DNA of 17,710 bases from a virus (IMGVR_UViG_3300022752_000033:1-17710); one strand, 5' to 3'; counted from the stretch's first letter, positions 7,141-14,920 are shown. The notes: generated from the letters alone by a model not told the origin. Translations and numbers: made by a program.

Positions 7141-7153
7141 ATTCAAAGAACTA
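7141..7153 (-). promoter_or_regulatory. boxA-like antitermination element before the large ncRNA
   Basis: Minus strand TAGTTCTTTGAAT, similar to rRNA-leader boxA (GYTCTTT). Confidence 0.5.
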
Positions 7154-7171
7154 TCTAATTAAAGAAGATGC

Positions 7172-7276
7172 TGGAATCTTTACAACCACCCATTCCCCCC
7201 ACTTGTAATCACCGGTTTTATTTTCAATTTTAAAAATTACTTCCGGTAGGGAAAGAATAATGGAATCTTTACAACC
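7172..7276. repeat. 16-nt direct repeat pair TGGAATCTTTACAACC
   Basis: Identical copies at 7172-7187 and 7261-7276, enclosed by a 9-bp inverted repeat (7162-7170 / 7278-7286). Confidence 0.85.
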
Positions 7277-7297
7277 CCATCTTCTTCATTTGTTTCA

Positions 7298-7329
7298 CAA
7301 AGTTAAGAAGAACTTTTCAATTAGTCAAA
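7298..7329 (-). promoter_or_regulatory. Bacteroidota -33/-7 promoter (proximal to the ncRNA)
   Basis: TTTG-N20-TAACTTTG; part of a ~60-nt block repeated at ~7376-7435 and ~7622-7680. Confidence 0.85.
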
Positions 7330-7383
7330 TCTTTTTTGAAACTTTTTTTTAAGAACTTCAGGACTTTCATCCCGTTTGTTTCA

Positions 7384-7415
7384 CAAAGTTAAGAAGAAGT
7401 TTTCATTCTGTCAAA
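7384..7415 (-). promoter_or_regulatory. Bacteroidota -33/-7 promoter (duplicate)
   Basis: TTTG-N20-TAACTTTG, nearly identical to 7298-7329. Confidence 0.85.
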
Positions 7416-7436
7416 TCTTTTTTGAAACTTTTTTTG

Positions 7437-7508
7437 TAGCGGGAGTTGGATTCGAACCAACGACATCGTGGTTATGAGCCACGCGAGATACCACTTCTCT
7501 ATCCCACA
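7437..7508 (-). tRNA. tRNA-Met(CAT), initiator-like; CCA not encoded
   Basis: TGTGGGA TA GAGA AGTGGTA TCTC G CGTGG CTCATAA CCACG ATGTC GTTGG TTCGAAT CCAAC TCCCGCT A; complete cloverleaf, 1:72 mismatch, A11:U24. Confidence 0.95.
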
Positions 7509-7515
7509 ATATAAT

Positions 7516-7529
7516 AATTTAAAGAACTT
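7516..7529 (-). promoter_or_regulatory. boxA-like element before tRNA-Met
   Basis: Minus strand AAGTTCTTTAAATT between the promoter and the tRNA 5' end. Confidence 0.5.
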
Positions 7530-7544
7530 TAAAAATAAGTCCCA

Positions 7545-7575
7545 CAAATATAAGTGACTTTTTCAAATTACCAAA
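7545..7575 (-). promoter_or_regulatory. Bacteroidota -33/-7 promoter for tRNA-Met
   Basis: TTTG-N19-TATATTTG. Confidence 0.8.
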
Positions 7576-7630
7576 CTGTGGGACTTCTTTTGAGATTGAC
7601 CTCGGGGGTGGTCTTTCTCGGTTTGTTTCA

Positions 7631-7662
7631 CAAATTTAAAACAATTTTCTCAAACAATCAAA
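7631..7662 (-). promoter_or_regulatory. Bacteroidota -33/-7 promoter (distal)
   Basis: TTTG-N20-TAAATTTG followed by TGAAACAAAC, as in the other copies. Confidence 0.75.
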
Positions 7663-7738
7663 ACTTTTGTGAAACTTTTTCTGGGGTACTCACCCTTTCG
7701 GGTATGGATATATAAATATATCATATATTAACAAAAAG

Positions 7739-8164
7739 TCAATTTTTTTCAAAATATTTTTTAATAATCTTAAAAAGTTCTCCACCACACATCTCAGAAT
7801 CTATCTCATCTAACCTAAAATAAGACGCATCTGTATGCTCCTCTCCATCCTTTGCATTCTCTAAATCAGGATTTATTTCATTTTCAACCTCCAAACCAAA
7901 AACATACATAATCCCTTTCATTTTCTTTCCATCCCTAGTATATCTTGGAATCGAATCAATATATTTAAGTGGGGCATCATCAATTGGTATATCGGTTTCT
8001 TCAAAAAACTCCCTCTTTGCTGATTCCATAGGTTCTTCACCTTCCTCCATTCTACCACAAGGAATACTCCACATACCGGGAAATGAACCATGATTATTTC
8101 TTTTACATAAAAGTACTTTATCATTACATTTTACGAGCACTCCGGCGTATCTTTTTTTAAACAT
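7739..8164 (-). CDS. NUDIX hydrolase
   Basis: Nudix box GRMEEGEEPMESAKREFFEETDI; upstream 'KVLLCKRN...GMWSIPCG' segment. Confidence 0.93.
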   Translation of the reverse strand: MFKKRYAGVLVKCNDKVLLCKRNNHGSFPGMWSIPCGRMEEGEEPMESAKREFFEETDIPIDDAPLKYIDSIPRYTRDGKKMKGIMYVFGLEVENEINPDLENAKDGEEHTDASYFRLDEIDSEMCGGELFKIIKKYFEKN

Positions 8165-8178
8165 AATATTTATAAGTT

Positions 8179-8526
8179 ATGAAAGTAAAAATAAATGAAA
8201 ATATCTTTAACGTAAAGGCACTAACAGATAAAAAAAATCAATCTGTGGGGATGATGGGAAAAAAATTTAATAAAGGGTTTGAAGGATTATTATTTTTAAT
8301 GGGTGGTAAGAAACAATGCTTTTGGATGAAAAATTGTATTATAAATTTAGATATTATAATAATTAAGAATAATGTTATTGTAAACATCCACGAAAACTGC
8401 CCTCCGTGTAATGATGATGATTGTCCTTCTTATTGTGGTAATGGAAATATTGTATTGGAACTAGAAGGAGGTTCTTGTGAGAACCTCCAAATAGAACCTG
8501 GTGATGTGGTTGAATATATTTTTTAA
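8179..8526 (+). CDS. DUF192 family protein
   Basis: GMMG...GLLF...FWMKNC.I.LDII.I...CPPC...CPSY...VLELEGG pattern. Confidence 0.88.
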   Translation: MKVKINENIFNVKALTDKKNQSVGMMGKKFNKGFEGLLFLMGGKKQCFWMKNCIINLDIIIIKNNVIVNIHENCPPCNDDDCPSYCGNGNIVLELEGGSCENLQIEPGDVVEYIF

Positions 8527-8898
8527 TTATGGATTAAATTTAATAACATTCATTGATGGTTCTAACGTTAGAACTTCCCCATTAATAAATTTGATTGCTA
8601 ATTTACCCTTAACTACTTTTATTTTAGTTTGCTGTTCAATCACATCTCTATGTGTTTTCGGTGATAAATCAATCACATATTCTTCGTCTAACTCTCCAGG
8701 TAAAATTGTTAATTTATTATTTTTAATTGAAACCATCATACCTTCTTGTAGTTCATCAAATCTACCCGTTTTAATTATGTCTTGAACTATTTTTTTAGGC
8801 GATAAATTTGGTTCCATATCCATCATTTCATCTTCTTTAATTATTCTTTGAACTAATTTAATAAGTCCACTTTCAGTTAGTCTAACTCTTTTTCTCAT
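8527..8898 (-). CDS. Hypothetical protein, probable virion/head protein
   Basis: N-terminal 'VRLTESGLIKLVQRIIKED' leader; ATG overlaps the region just after the upstream stop. Confidence 0.8.
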   Translation of the reverse strand: MRKRVRLTESGLIKLVQRIIKEDEMMDMEPNLSPKKIVQDIIKTGRFDELQEGMMVSIKNNKLTILPGELDEEYVIDLSPKTHRDVIEQQTKIKVVKGKLAIKFINGEVLTLEPSMNVIKFNP

Positions 8899-8899
8899 T

Positions 8900-9271
8900 T
8901 TAGTATTTTAATGTTAATCTGTATTTTAATTGATTAATGTCTCCCAACATTTCATCTCTAATGTTTAACAAATCAGTATCATATCTTTTATCTAATTTGT
9001 CCGTCATCTCAACCAAAAATTCTGTAATACCATCCAAAAAGTTTTGAACGCTTAAATTTTTAATGTCTTGGAACATAATTGAAAACTCAGGTTCAAATTC
9101 AACTCTACCTTGTTTTCCCATCATTGTTTCAACAAACTTATCAATATTATCCCCTAAAGAATCATATATTTCACCATATGATTTATGTTTAGCATCTCCG
9201 AATGTTTGCCAATGTAAAAACTTAAACTGAGTTTGTATTTGAATAAGTTTTAATGTTATTTCTTCTTTCAT
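8900..9271 (-). CDS. DUF5856 / Dps-ferritin-like four-helix protein
   Basis: LHWQT.G.AKH...GEIYD.L...IDKFVE...GK and LLNIRDEML..INQLKYRLTL match the Dps-like H-W...H...D/E pattern. Confidence 0.8.
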   Translation of the reverse strand: MKEEITLKLIQIQTQFKFLHWQTFGDAKHKSYGEIYDSLGDNIDKFVETMMGKQGRVEFEPEFSIMFQDIKNLSVQNFLDGITEFLVEMTDKLDKRYDTDLLNIRDEMLGDINQLKYRLTLKY

Positions 9272-9281
9272 AATTATTGTT

Positions 9282-10382
9282 TTATGTTAATGATGGTGTC
9301 AATAAAGAACCTAGTAATTGTTTTATGAACTCGCCTGCACCATCTTTTTTATTCTCTTCACCGGCACTTTTCATTTGTGCCTGAAATTCAGGATTATTTT
9401 CAAACTCTTCTTTGAAGTATTGTTGAGCTTGTGGTGTTTTTTGATATTCTTCCATCTTTCTCATCATCGCTTCTTCACCTCCCACCATTTTAGCCACTTC
9501 GTCAGGACCAACAAAATTTCCTATACCAAGAAAATCTAAAAACCCAAAGAAAAATTTGGTTTGACCCATAAGTATTCTCATTCTTCTATTACCAAATAAT
9601 CTTGGAACCCCACCATAAACTACTTGTGCGAAAAGACTAGGTTTTGATAAAAGTTTTGGGTCTAATATTTTTTCACTTTTCATTATTTTCATTAAACTTT
9701 CAACCTCCTTAGCGGTTCCAGTACCCGCCTTAAATTTTGTTGCCAATTTTCCGGCTTCTTTTCCAATTTTAATACTTTTTAGTGATGCGTTTTCAAACAA
9801 TTTTAAATAATCTAATATTGTATTTTTAAAACCTTTAAATATACCTCCCGGTAATTTCTCAACCTTAGATGCAATAGATGGAGCCCAATTTTTTGCATTT
9901 TGTAAAAAACTACCAATAACACCAGGTTTTTCAGCCAACTTAGTTAATGTTGTCGCCGCTTCCGCAGTCTTACCTAATTTTGCAGCATCCATTGCAATTT
10001 TTAATTCTGCAGTTCCTGCCTTCCCCATTTTCAAAGCACCTAACACAGGTTTACCCACTAAATCGCCAGCATATGGTATTGCAGAAATTAAGGTTAATAA
10101 ACCAAATAAGTGTTCTCCCTGTGCGAAATAAGTTACGGCGTTGATTACATCGATTACTCCTGTTGGGTCTACAATTCCGAGTATATCCATAAAAGTATTA
10201 TACCACGCCTCATTCAATTTTTGTTTTTTTTGAGGATAAATTACTTTTATAATTTCAAAAACCAATTCTTTTTCATTAGTTGACATTTCATTCCACTTAC
10301 TTTCAATAAGTTTGATTTGCTTTTGTCTCAAATCACTTATCACTAATAAAGATTGTTCTTCATTGATTATATATTTTGCCAT
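9282..10382 (-). CDS. Hypothetical virion-associated protein with a pre-toxin-TG-like hydrophobic hairpin
   Basis: 'DILGIVDPTGVIDVINAVTYFAQGEHLFGLLTLISAIPYAGD'; leader 'YIINEEQ...KLIE...KLNE'; TATTTATA at 10408-10415. Confidence 0.65.
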   Translation of the reverse strand: MAKYIINEEQSLLVISDLRQKQIKLIESKWNEMSTNEKELVFEIIKVIYPQKKQKLNEAWYNTFMDILGIVDPTGVIDVINAVTYFAQGEHLFGLLTLISAIPYAGDLVGKPVLGALKMGKAGTAELKIAMDAAKLGKTAEAATTLTKLAEKPGVIGSFLQNAKNWAPSIASKVEKLPGGIFKGFKNTILDYLKLFENASLKSIKIGKEAGKLATKFKAGTGTAKEVESLMKIMKSEKILDPKLLSKPSLFAQVVYGGVPRLFGNRRMRILMGQTKFFFGFLDFLGIGNFVGPDEVAKMVGGEEAMMRKMEEYQKTPQAQQYFKEEFENNPEFQAQMKSAGEENKKDGAGEFIKQLLGSLLTPSLT

Positions 10383-10423
10383 ATAATAATAATATTTTTG
10401 TTTTTATTATAAATATGTAGAAA

Positions 10424-10455
10424 TAAAAAAAAGGGTTAATATAACCCTTCTATTT
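10424..10455 (-). terminator. Intrinsic terminator after the methyltransferase
   Basis: AAGGGTTA-ATA-TAACCCTT (10431-10449) with an A run on its left (U tract on the minus strand). Confidence 0.7.
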
Positions 10456-11287
10456 TTAATTGACTTTTTTGGTCTATGAAATGACGAACCCTATCCCTCG
10501 CAACTTTTGTATAATTTTCACTCAATTCAATTCCTATCCATCTCCTACCTAATGTCTCTGCCGCAACACAACTAGTTCCGGAACCGGCAAATGGGTCAAG
10601 GACGATATCATTCTTATATGTAAGAATCTTGATTGCTTTGGTTGGTATATCCATTGAGAATGTTGCCTTAGTCATCTGTTTGGTATCCGCAAAATATTGC
10701 CACTCCCCAAATACCAAATTCATAAACTCTTTCTTATCTTCGTCTTTATAAACCACCTTCGTTTTTATTGTTCCGTCTTCTTGTTCTATTTCAGTTGGAA
10801 CTCCAACCCAATGGGGTTCTCCCTTTTGTAGTTTTTTTGGCGATTTTTTATAACCCATTAAAATACATTCTTTGGGATTATAGATGTACGGTTGACTGGG
10901 ACTCATCCAACTACCCCAAGCCGTTTTTCTTATCCGGTGTGCGGAATCCTCAGTTAAATCTATCGTACCAAAATACTTAAACCCAACTTCCATCATTTTC
11001 GCATAAAACTCCGCATTGAATAAAAATCTACCACCTCTGTCCTTAACGTTCATCTCAATTGGAATGTTAATCGCAATTCTCCCATCATCCTTCAACACCC
11101 TTAAAGCCTCCACCAACCATTTTTTTGTGAATATCCAATAATCTTCCATAGATAGTGTATCATCATATGTATCATATTTAATTGCACAATTATATGGTGG
11201 TGATGTGACTATTAAATCAATTGAACCTTCGGGCATTGAGGACATAACGTCTATACAATCACCGGTTATAATTTTATTTGTTTCCAT
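10436..11287 (-). CDS. Site-specific DNA methyltransferase (N6_N4_Mtase, beta class; possibly N4-cytosine)
   Basis: Motif IV 'LIVTSPPY' near the N-terminus; motif I 'VLDPFAGSGTS' and 'RRWIGIELS' near the C-terminus. Confidence 0.95.
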   Translation of the reverse strand: METNKIITGDCIDVMSSMPEGSIDLIVTSPPYNCAIKYDTYDDTLSMEDYWIFTKKWLVEALRVLKDDGRIAINIPIEMNVKDRGGRFLFNAEFYAKMMEVGFKYFGTIDLTEDSAHRIRKTAWGSWMSPSQPYIYNPKECILMGYKKSPKKLQKGEPHWVGVPTEIEQEDGTIKTKVVYKDEDKKEFMNLVFGEWQYFADTKQMTKATFSMDIPTKAIKILTYKNDIVLDPFAGSGTSCVAAETLGRRWIGIELSENYTKVARDRVRHFIDQKSQLKIEGLY

Positions 11288-11523
11288 TATGGATTTAAAT
11301 TTTCAAGTAGTTTAATCCTTCTGTCAAGGTAGAAGGCCGCCTTTTTCAAATCTTCCAATTCTTTTGCTGGGTCTTTCTTTCCCGCCCTTGCAACGTATTT
11401 AACTACATTGAATAGATATGCGTCTTGGTGTAGTCCCCAAGCTTCACATACTTTTATTACTTCATAGACATTCTCCGACCCCCCATAGTGAGAGGGGTGA
11501 TTAACCATTTCTTTATTTTCCAT
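11287..11523 (-). CDS. DUF3310 family phage protein
   Basis: VNHPSHY...EVI...FNVVKYVARAGKKD...LEDLKKA.FYL. Confidence 0.92.
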   Translation of the reverse strand: MENKEMVNHPSHYGGSENVYEVIKVCEAWGLHQDAYLFNVVKYVARAGKKDPAKELEDLKKAAFYLDRRIKLLENLNP

Positions 11524-11644
11524 TGTTATTCCATTTTTTATTCATATACTCGTAATACCTATGTATTTTATTTCCATCATAAAGGAAATATACAAAATAA
11601 TAATCCCAAATCCAGTCTAATTTTCTAAGAATTTTGTTTAGCAT
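11513..11644 (-). CDS. Small aromatic-rich hypothetical protein; missing from the ORF track
   Basis: 43 aa, MLNKILRKLDWIWDYYFVYFLYDGNKIHRYYEYMNKKWNNNGK; fills the operon gap exactly (1 nt after the upstream stop, overlapping the DUF3310 start). Confidence 0.7.
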   Translation of the reverse strand: MLNKILRKLDWIWDYYFVYFLYDGNKIHRYYEYMNKKWNNNGK

Positions 11645-11645
11645 A

Positions 11646-11870
11646 TTATTGTCTTTGTTTTTCTTTTAACTTCATTCTTGACTCTTGTTTCTTGGAAAGA
11701 GTTTTTTCCTTTTTGGTGTAATCCGCAACTTGTCTCTCAGTTGGTTTCTCTTGTGTCTTTTTTAACTCCGACTTTGGGCAGTATTCCCAACTGATTCCAA
11801 CCATATTGTTTGCAATCTTGTCATCCACTCTTTGAATCTCTCCTGTTTTTTTGTTTCTAATTGTTTTCAT
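11646..11870 (-). CDS. Small basic hypothetical protein
   Basis: 74-aa Lys/Arg-rich ORF overlapping the end of the upstream gene. Confidence 0.75.
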   Translation of the reverse strand: MKTIRNKKTGEIQRVDDKIANNMVGISWEYCPKSELKKTQEKPTERQVADYTKKEKTLSKKQESRMKLKEKQRQ

Positions 11871-12054
11871 TTTCTATAATTGTTTTTTTAATTTCTTCAT
11901 CAGGTATTCCCTTCGTATATAAGTCATAAGCCAGTGAACTTATTTTATCAATAAAAATAAATGTGTCGGCTTTGAATAACATCTTCAAAGGTTTATTCTT
12001 TTCAAAATACTTCATCAGTATTTCTTTGTCAACTATTACTTTATTAAATCCCAT
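11857..12054 (-). CDS. Hypothetical protein
   Basis: Start revised to the ATG at 12054 (MGFNK...) because the TTG at 12060 falls within the -7 promoter element. Confidence 0.75.
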   Translation of the reverse strand: MGFNKVIVDKEILMKYFEKNKPLKMLFKADTFIFIDKISSLAYDLYTKGIPDEEIKKTIIENENN

Positions 12055-12057
12055 ACA

Positions 12058-12089
12058 CAAATTTAGGAAAAATAAAACTTATAGTCAAA
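12058..12089 (-). promoter_or_regulatory. Bacteroidota -33/-7 promoter for the DUF3310/methyltransferase operon
   Basis: TTTG-N20-TAAATTTG ending 3 nt before the ATG at 12054. Confidence 0.8.
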
Positions 12090-12837
12090 CTTTGTCTACT
12101 GCGGTAAAAACATATGTGAGGAGCTTTCTTTTAACAATGGGGATAATTGTCTCATCTAATGGGAGTTCTTGTGTAAGCTTAACTTCAAAAACCGGTAATC
12201 TTTTAAGAAATTCAATTTCTTTCCAAGTTGATTTTGTTTCAATAATTGAGGTGAGGGTTTCTTCATTTTCTTTTCCCTCATGTATCTTTTTAAGAACGGG
12301 TTTATAATTTAATTCTCCCTTCTTTGGTTTTTTCATTGTATATTCCCAAACAATAATTTTATTCTCAAACTTATTAAATAAAACAACGAACCCCGAACCA
12401 ACAACCGCACTATCTTTATTCTTTTTTAATGTGAGTAAAACATTATCGTAGGCGACAGTCCATATTGATTTTGCAATATTAAACGCATCAAATAATTTTG
12501 TGTTTGAATATCTAAGTGTCTTTTCCAACTCCGGTTTCTCTTCATCACTTATGTCTCTCGGTTTTTTGGGGTATAGTTCTTTGAGGAGGATTTCATCATC
12601 ACAAGCCTCAAACTTCTTGTCCGTCAATAAAAGTATATTCTCTTTTATAAGAGATTGCGTATTCGCAATGTGAAGTGATAGTTCAACAAAGTCAGGATAA
12701 ATCCTGAAACTATCAAAGTTTGTTCCACACTTTTTAAGGTAATCTAATAATGTGTATTTGTTATATTCAAAATCTATTGGCTCTTTAAACATCCATTCCG
12801 GATTAAGTTTAAATGATATTTTTTTCTTTCTTCCCAT
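12085..12837 (-). CDS. Hypothetical phage protein
   Basis: Long ORF; the ATG at 12837 (MGRKKK) is preferred over the TTG at 12843. Confidence 0.8.
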   Translation of the reverse strand: MGRKKKISFKLNPEWMFKEPIDFEYNKYTLLDYLKKCGTNFDSFRIYPDFVELSLHIANTQSLIKENILLLTDKKFEACDDEILLKELYPKKPRDISDEEKPELEKTLRYSNTKLFDAFNIAKSIWTVAYDNVLLTLKKNKDSAVVGSGFVVLFNKFENKIIVWEYTMKKPKKGELNYKPVLKKIHEGKENEETLTSIIETKSTWKEIEFLKRLPVFEVKLTQELPLDETIIPIVKRKLLTYVFTAVDKV

Positions 12838-12873
12838 AACCAATTATAACAAATCATTTAAATATAATGAATA

Positions 12874-14646
12874 TTAATTTATTCTAATAACGTAATAAGT
12901 TGTTCCTTCCACATCTACTTCATCCGCATTTCCATCATAACTAGATAATGAACTTCCGTATCCATCAGAATCTATAACACCTTGAATAAACTCATCTTTA
13001 TCAATAAAATCATTCATTTCCAAACTCATTTCTCTTAACCATCCCGCAGCATCATATACCGCATCATCCGTCAAATCTTGAACCTTATCTTCAATTAAAT
13101 CATCAGGAAAATCCCCTTCCGGACTACTTTCAATATCTTCAATCTCACTATCTATATCATCTAATTCATCATTTAACTCACTAATTTTATCTTCCAAGTT
13201 GCTAATCTCATCTTCATCTTCTGTATCTGTAATACTATCTTCAAGCGAACTTATCATCATTTCAATTTTCTGTTTTCTTTTGTTATATTGCAAAATTCTA
13301 TCTCTTTGTTGATTGGATAATTCTCTTTCATTATCATCAAAAAAACTTTCCGGATTGTCATTCACATCGTCATAATAAAAATCATAAGCATAATTTTTAA
13401 CTTGTTCTTTATCAATATAGTCCTCAGCAAAACTTCCGTTGAATCCTTCATAACCAATATCATCTATAAGCCCATCAACATAATCATAACAACTACTTTT
13501 AACTTCATCTTCATCACCAACCGCATATTCCCTACCTTGTAAATCATCACTATTTATAACTTCAAACGCTTGTAAATCATAATGCCCGCCATTAGGAACA
13601 ATATTATAAACATCTATTTTTTCCTCCAATTCCGTTAACTCATCTTCCAAATCACTTATTTCATCTAATAAACTTGTATCCGCATCTTCCGCCGCATCAT
13701 ATTCAGCATTTAATCTTTCAATCTCATCTCTCAACCTTTGCATTTCAACCTTATCTTCATTAGTCAAAACACTAACATCACTTGTATCAACCAACCAATC
13801 TAATAAAGCATGTGCCCTTAATCCCACGTCCGGACAATTATCATTCAATTCCCACTCCCCATTTAACCTTCTTTCATTTGCCTCTTGTGTTTTTCTGTCT
13901 AATATTCTTTGAGACTCTAATCTCGCCAACCTTTCTCTTTCTTTTCTCGCCAATTCCTTATCCCTAAATATTTTTAATGGTTCAGCAAATTCTTGTTCCA
14001 TATATTGATTGATACTTTCAGTAACCTTTGCGAATTCTTCATTTCCAACTACTCCCCATATTTGAGGTATGGATTTGTCTGTCGCATCCCAATAACTTTC
14101 TTCTCCATCAAAATTTCTAAGGATTGCAATTTTATAAAATGGGTCTGAACTATCTTTTGTTTTATCAATAATATAAAACAACTTACCTTCCGTATTATAT
14201 CTTCTAAAATGTTCGTCCCCTGTTGCTGCGGTGCACCACTTGGTTCCCTTACCATAATAACAAGAAGCTTCGTGGGTTAATGGATTAACAACATAAAATC
14301 TGTCATCATTATAAACTACATTACCACCATCATGCTTTTCAACTTCCCTTCTTTGTCTACCATTATATTGGTCTAACTCACCTATAAGTTCTTGTAAACT
14401 CTTGAACTGGTTAATATCTGTCTTATTTAAATTATGTGAGATTTTATCAAAATTTTTTAATGCTGCAACCAACTTTCCGTAATTCTCATCAAAATTAACC
14501 GAATCAAAGTTTTTACCAACCCATTCCAAATATTTGGGCGTTACCATATTAACAATTCTTTGCACGTTCTGTGCCCCGTATTTCTGTGTATACTTACTTT
14601 CAAAGTCCTCTACCCTACCTTCAATTAAAATTTTAGAAAATTTCAT
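12874..14646 (-). CDS. Large hypothetical protein with a highly acidic C-terminal half
   Basis: 590 aa; N-terminal domain 'PLTHEASCYYGKGTKWCTAA...HF.RY...GKLFYIIDK'; Asp/Glu-rich heptad segments; TATTTATT at 14661-14668. Confidence 0.85.
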   Translation of the reverse strand: MKFSKILIEGRVEDFESKYTQKYGAQNVQRIVNMVTPKYLEWVGKNFDSVNFDENYGKLVAALKNFDKISHNLNKTDINQFKSLQELIGELDQYNGRQRREVEKHDGGNVVYNDDRFYVVNPLTHEASCYYGKGTKWCTAATGDEHFRRYNTEGKLFYIIDKTKDSSDPFYKIAILRNFDGEESYWDATDKSIPQIWGVVGNEEFAKVTESINQYMEQEFAEPLKIFRDKELARKERERLARLESQRILDRKTQEANERRLNGEWELNDNCPDVGLRAHALLDWLVDTSDVSVLTNEDKVEMQRLRDEIERLNAEYDAAEDADTSLLDEISDLEDELTELEEKIDVYNIVPNGGHYDLQAFEVINSDDLQGREYAVGDEDEVKSSCYDYVDGLIDDIGYEGFNGSFAEDYIDKEQVKNYAYDFYYDDVNDNPESFFDDNERELSNQQRDRILQYNKRKQKIEMMISSLEDSITDTEDEDEISNLEDKISELNDELDDIDSEIEDIESSPEGDFPDDLIEDKVQDLTDDAVYDAAGWLREMSLEMNDFIDKDEFIQGVIDSDGYGSSLSSYDGNADEVDVEGTTYYVIRIN

Positions 14647-14736
14647 ATCCTTTTTTATTTAATAAATATAATTCTATTCTTATTATTATCACAAAGATAC
14701 TATTTATAGTAAAATAAACTACTAAAATTTAAAACA

Positions 14737-14898
14737 ATGGGCTGCGGTTGCAAAGGAAATCAAAATCCACCACCAGCACAACCTGCTCAAGGAACTACAA
14801 CTTCCCAACAGCAGAATAAGGTTGTGAGTGAAACTATTCAACAATCAATTAAAAAAACGATTGAGAAGTATTATAATGTTAACAAAACACAGAAATAA
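14737..14898 (+). CDS. Small protein with an N-terminal MGCGCK motif; missing from the ORF track
   Basis: 53 aa, MGCGCKGNQNPPPAQPAQGTTTSQQQNKVVSETIQQSIKKTIEKYYNVNKTQK; TATTTATA at 14701-14708; own terminator. Confidence 0.8.
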   Translation: MGCGCKGNQNPPPAQPAQGTTTSQQQNKVVSETIQQSIKKTIEKYYNVNKTQK

Positions 14899-14920
14899 TA
14901 CTTGAAAAACTTATGTGGTG

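Noticed and set aside
7172-7276. Possible CRISPR mini-array
   Set aside because: Only two 16-nt copies, a 73-nt spacer, no palindromic repeat and no cas genes; kept only as a repeat finding.
7290-7680. ~60-nt repeats as an array or mobile-element ends
   Set aside because: Fully explained as duplicated -33/-7 promoter blocks.
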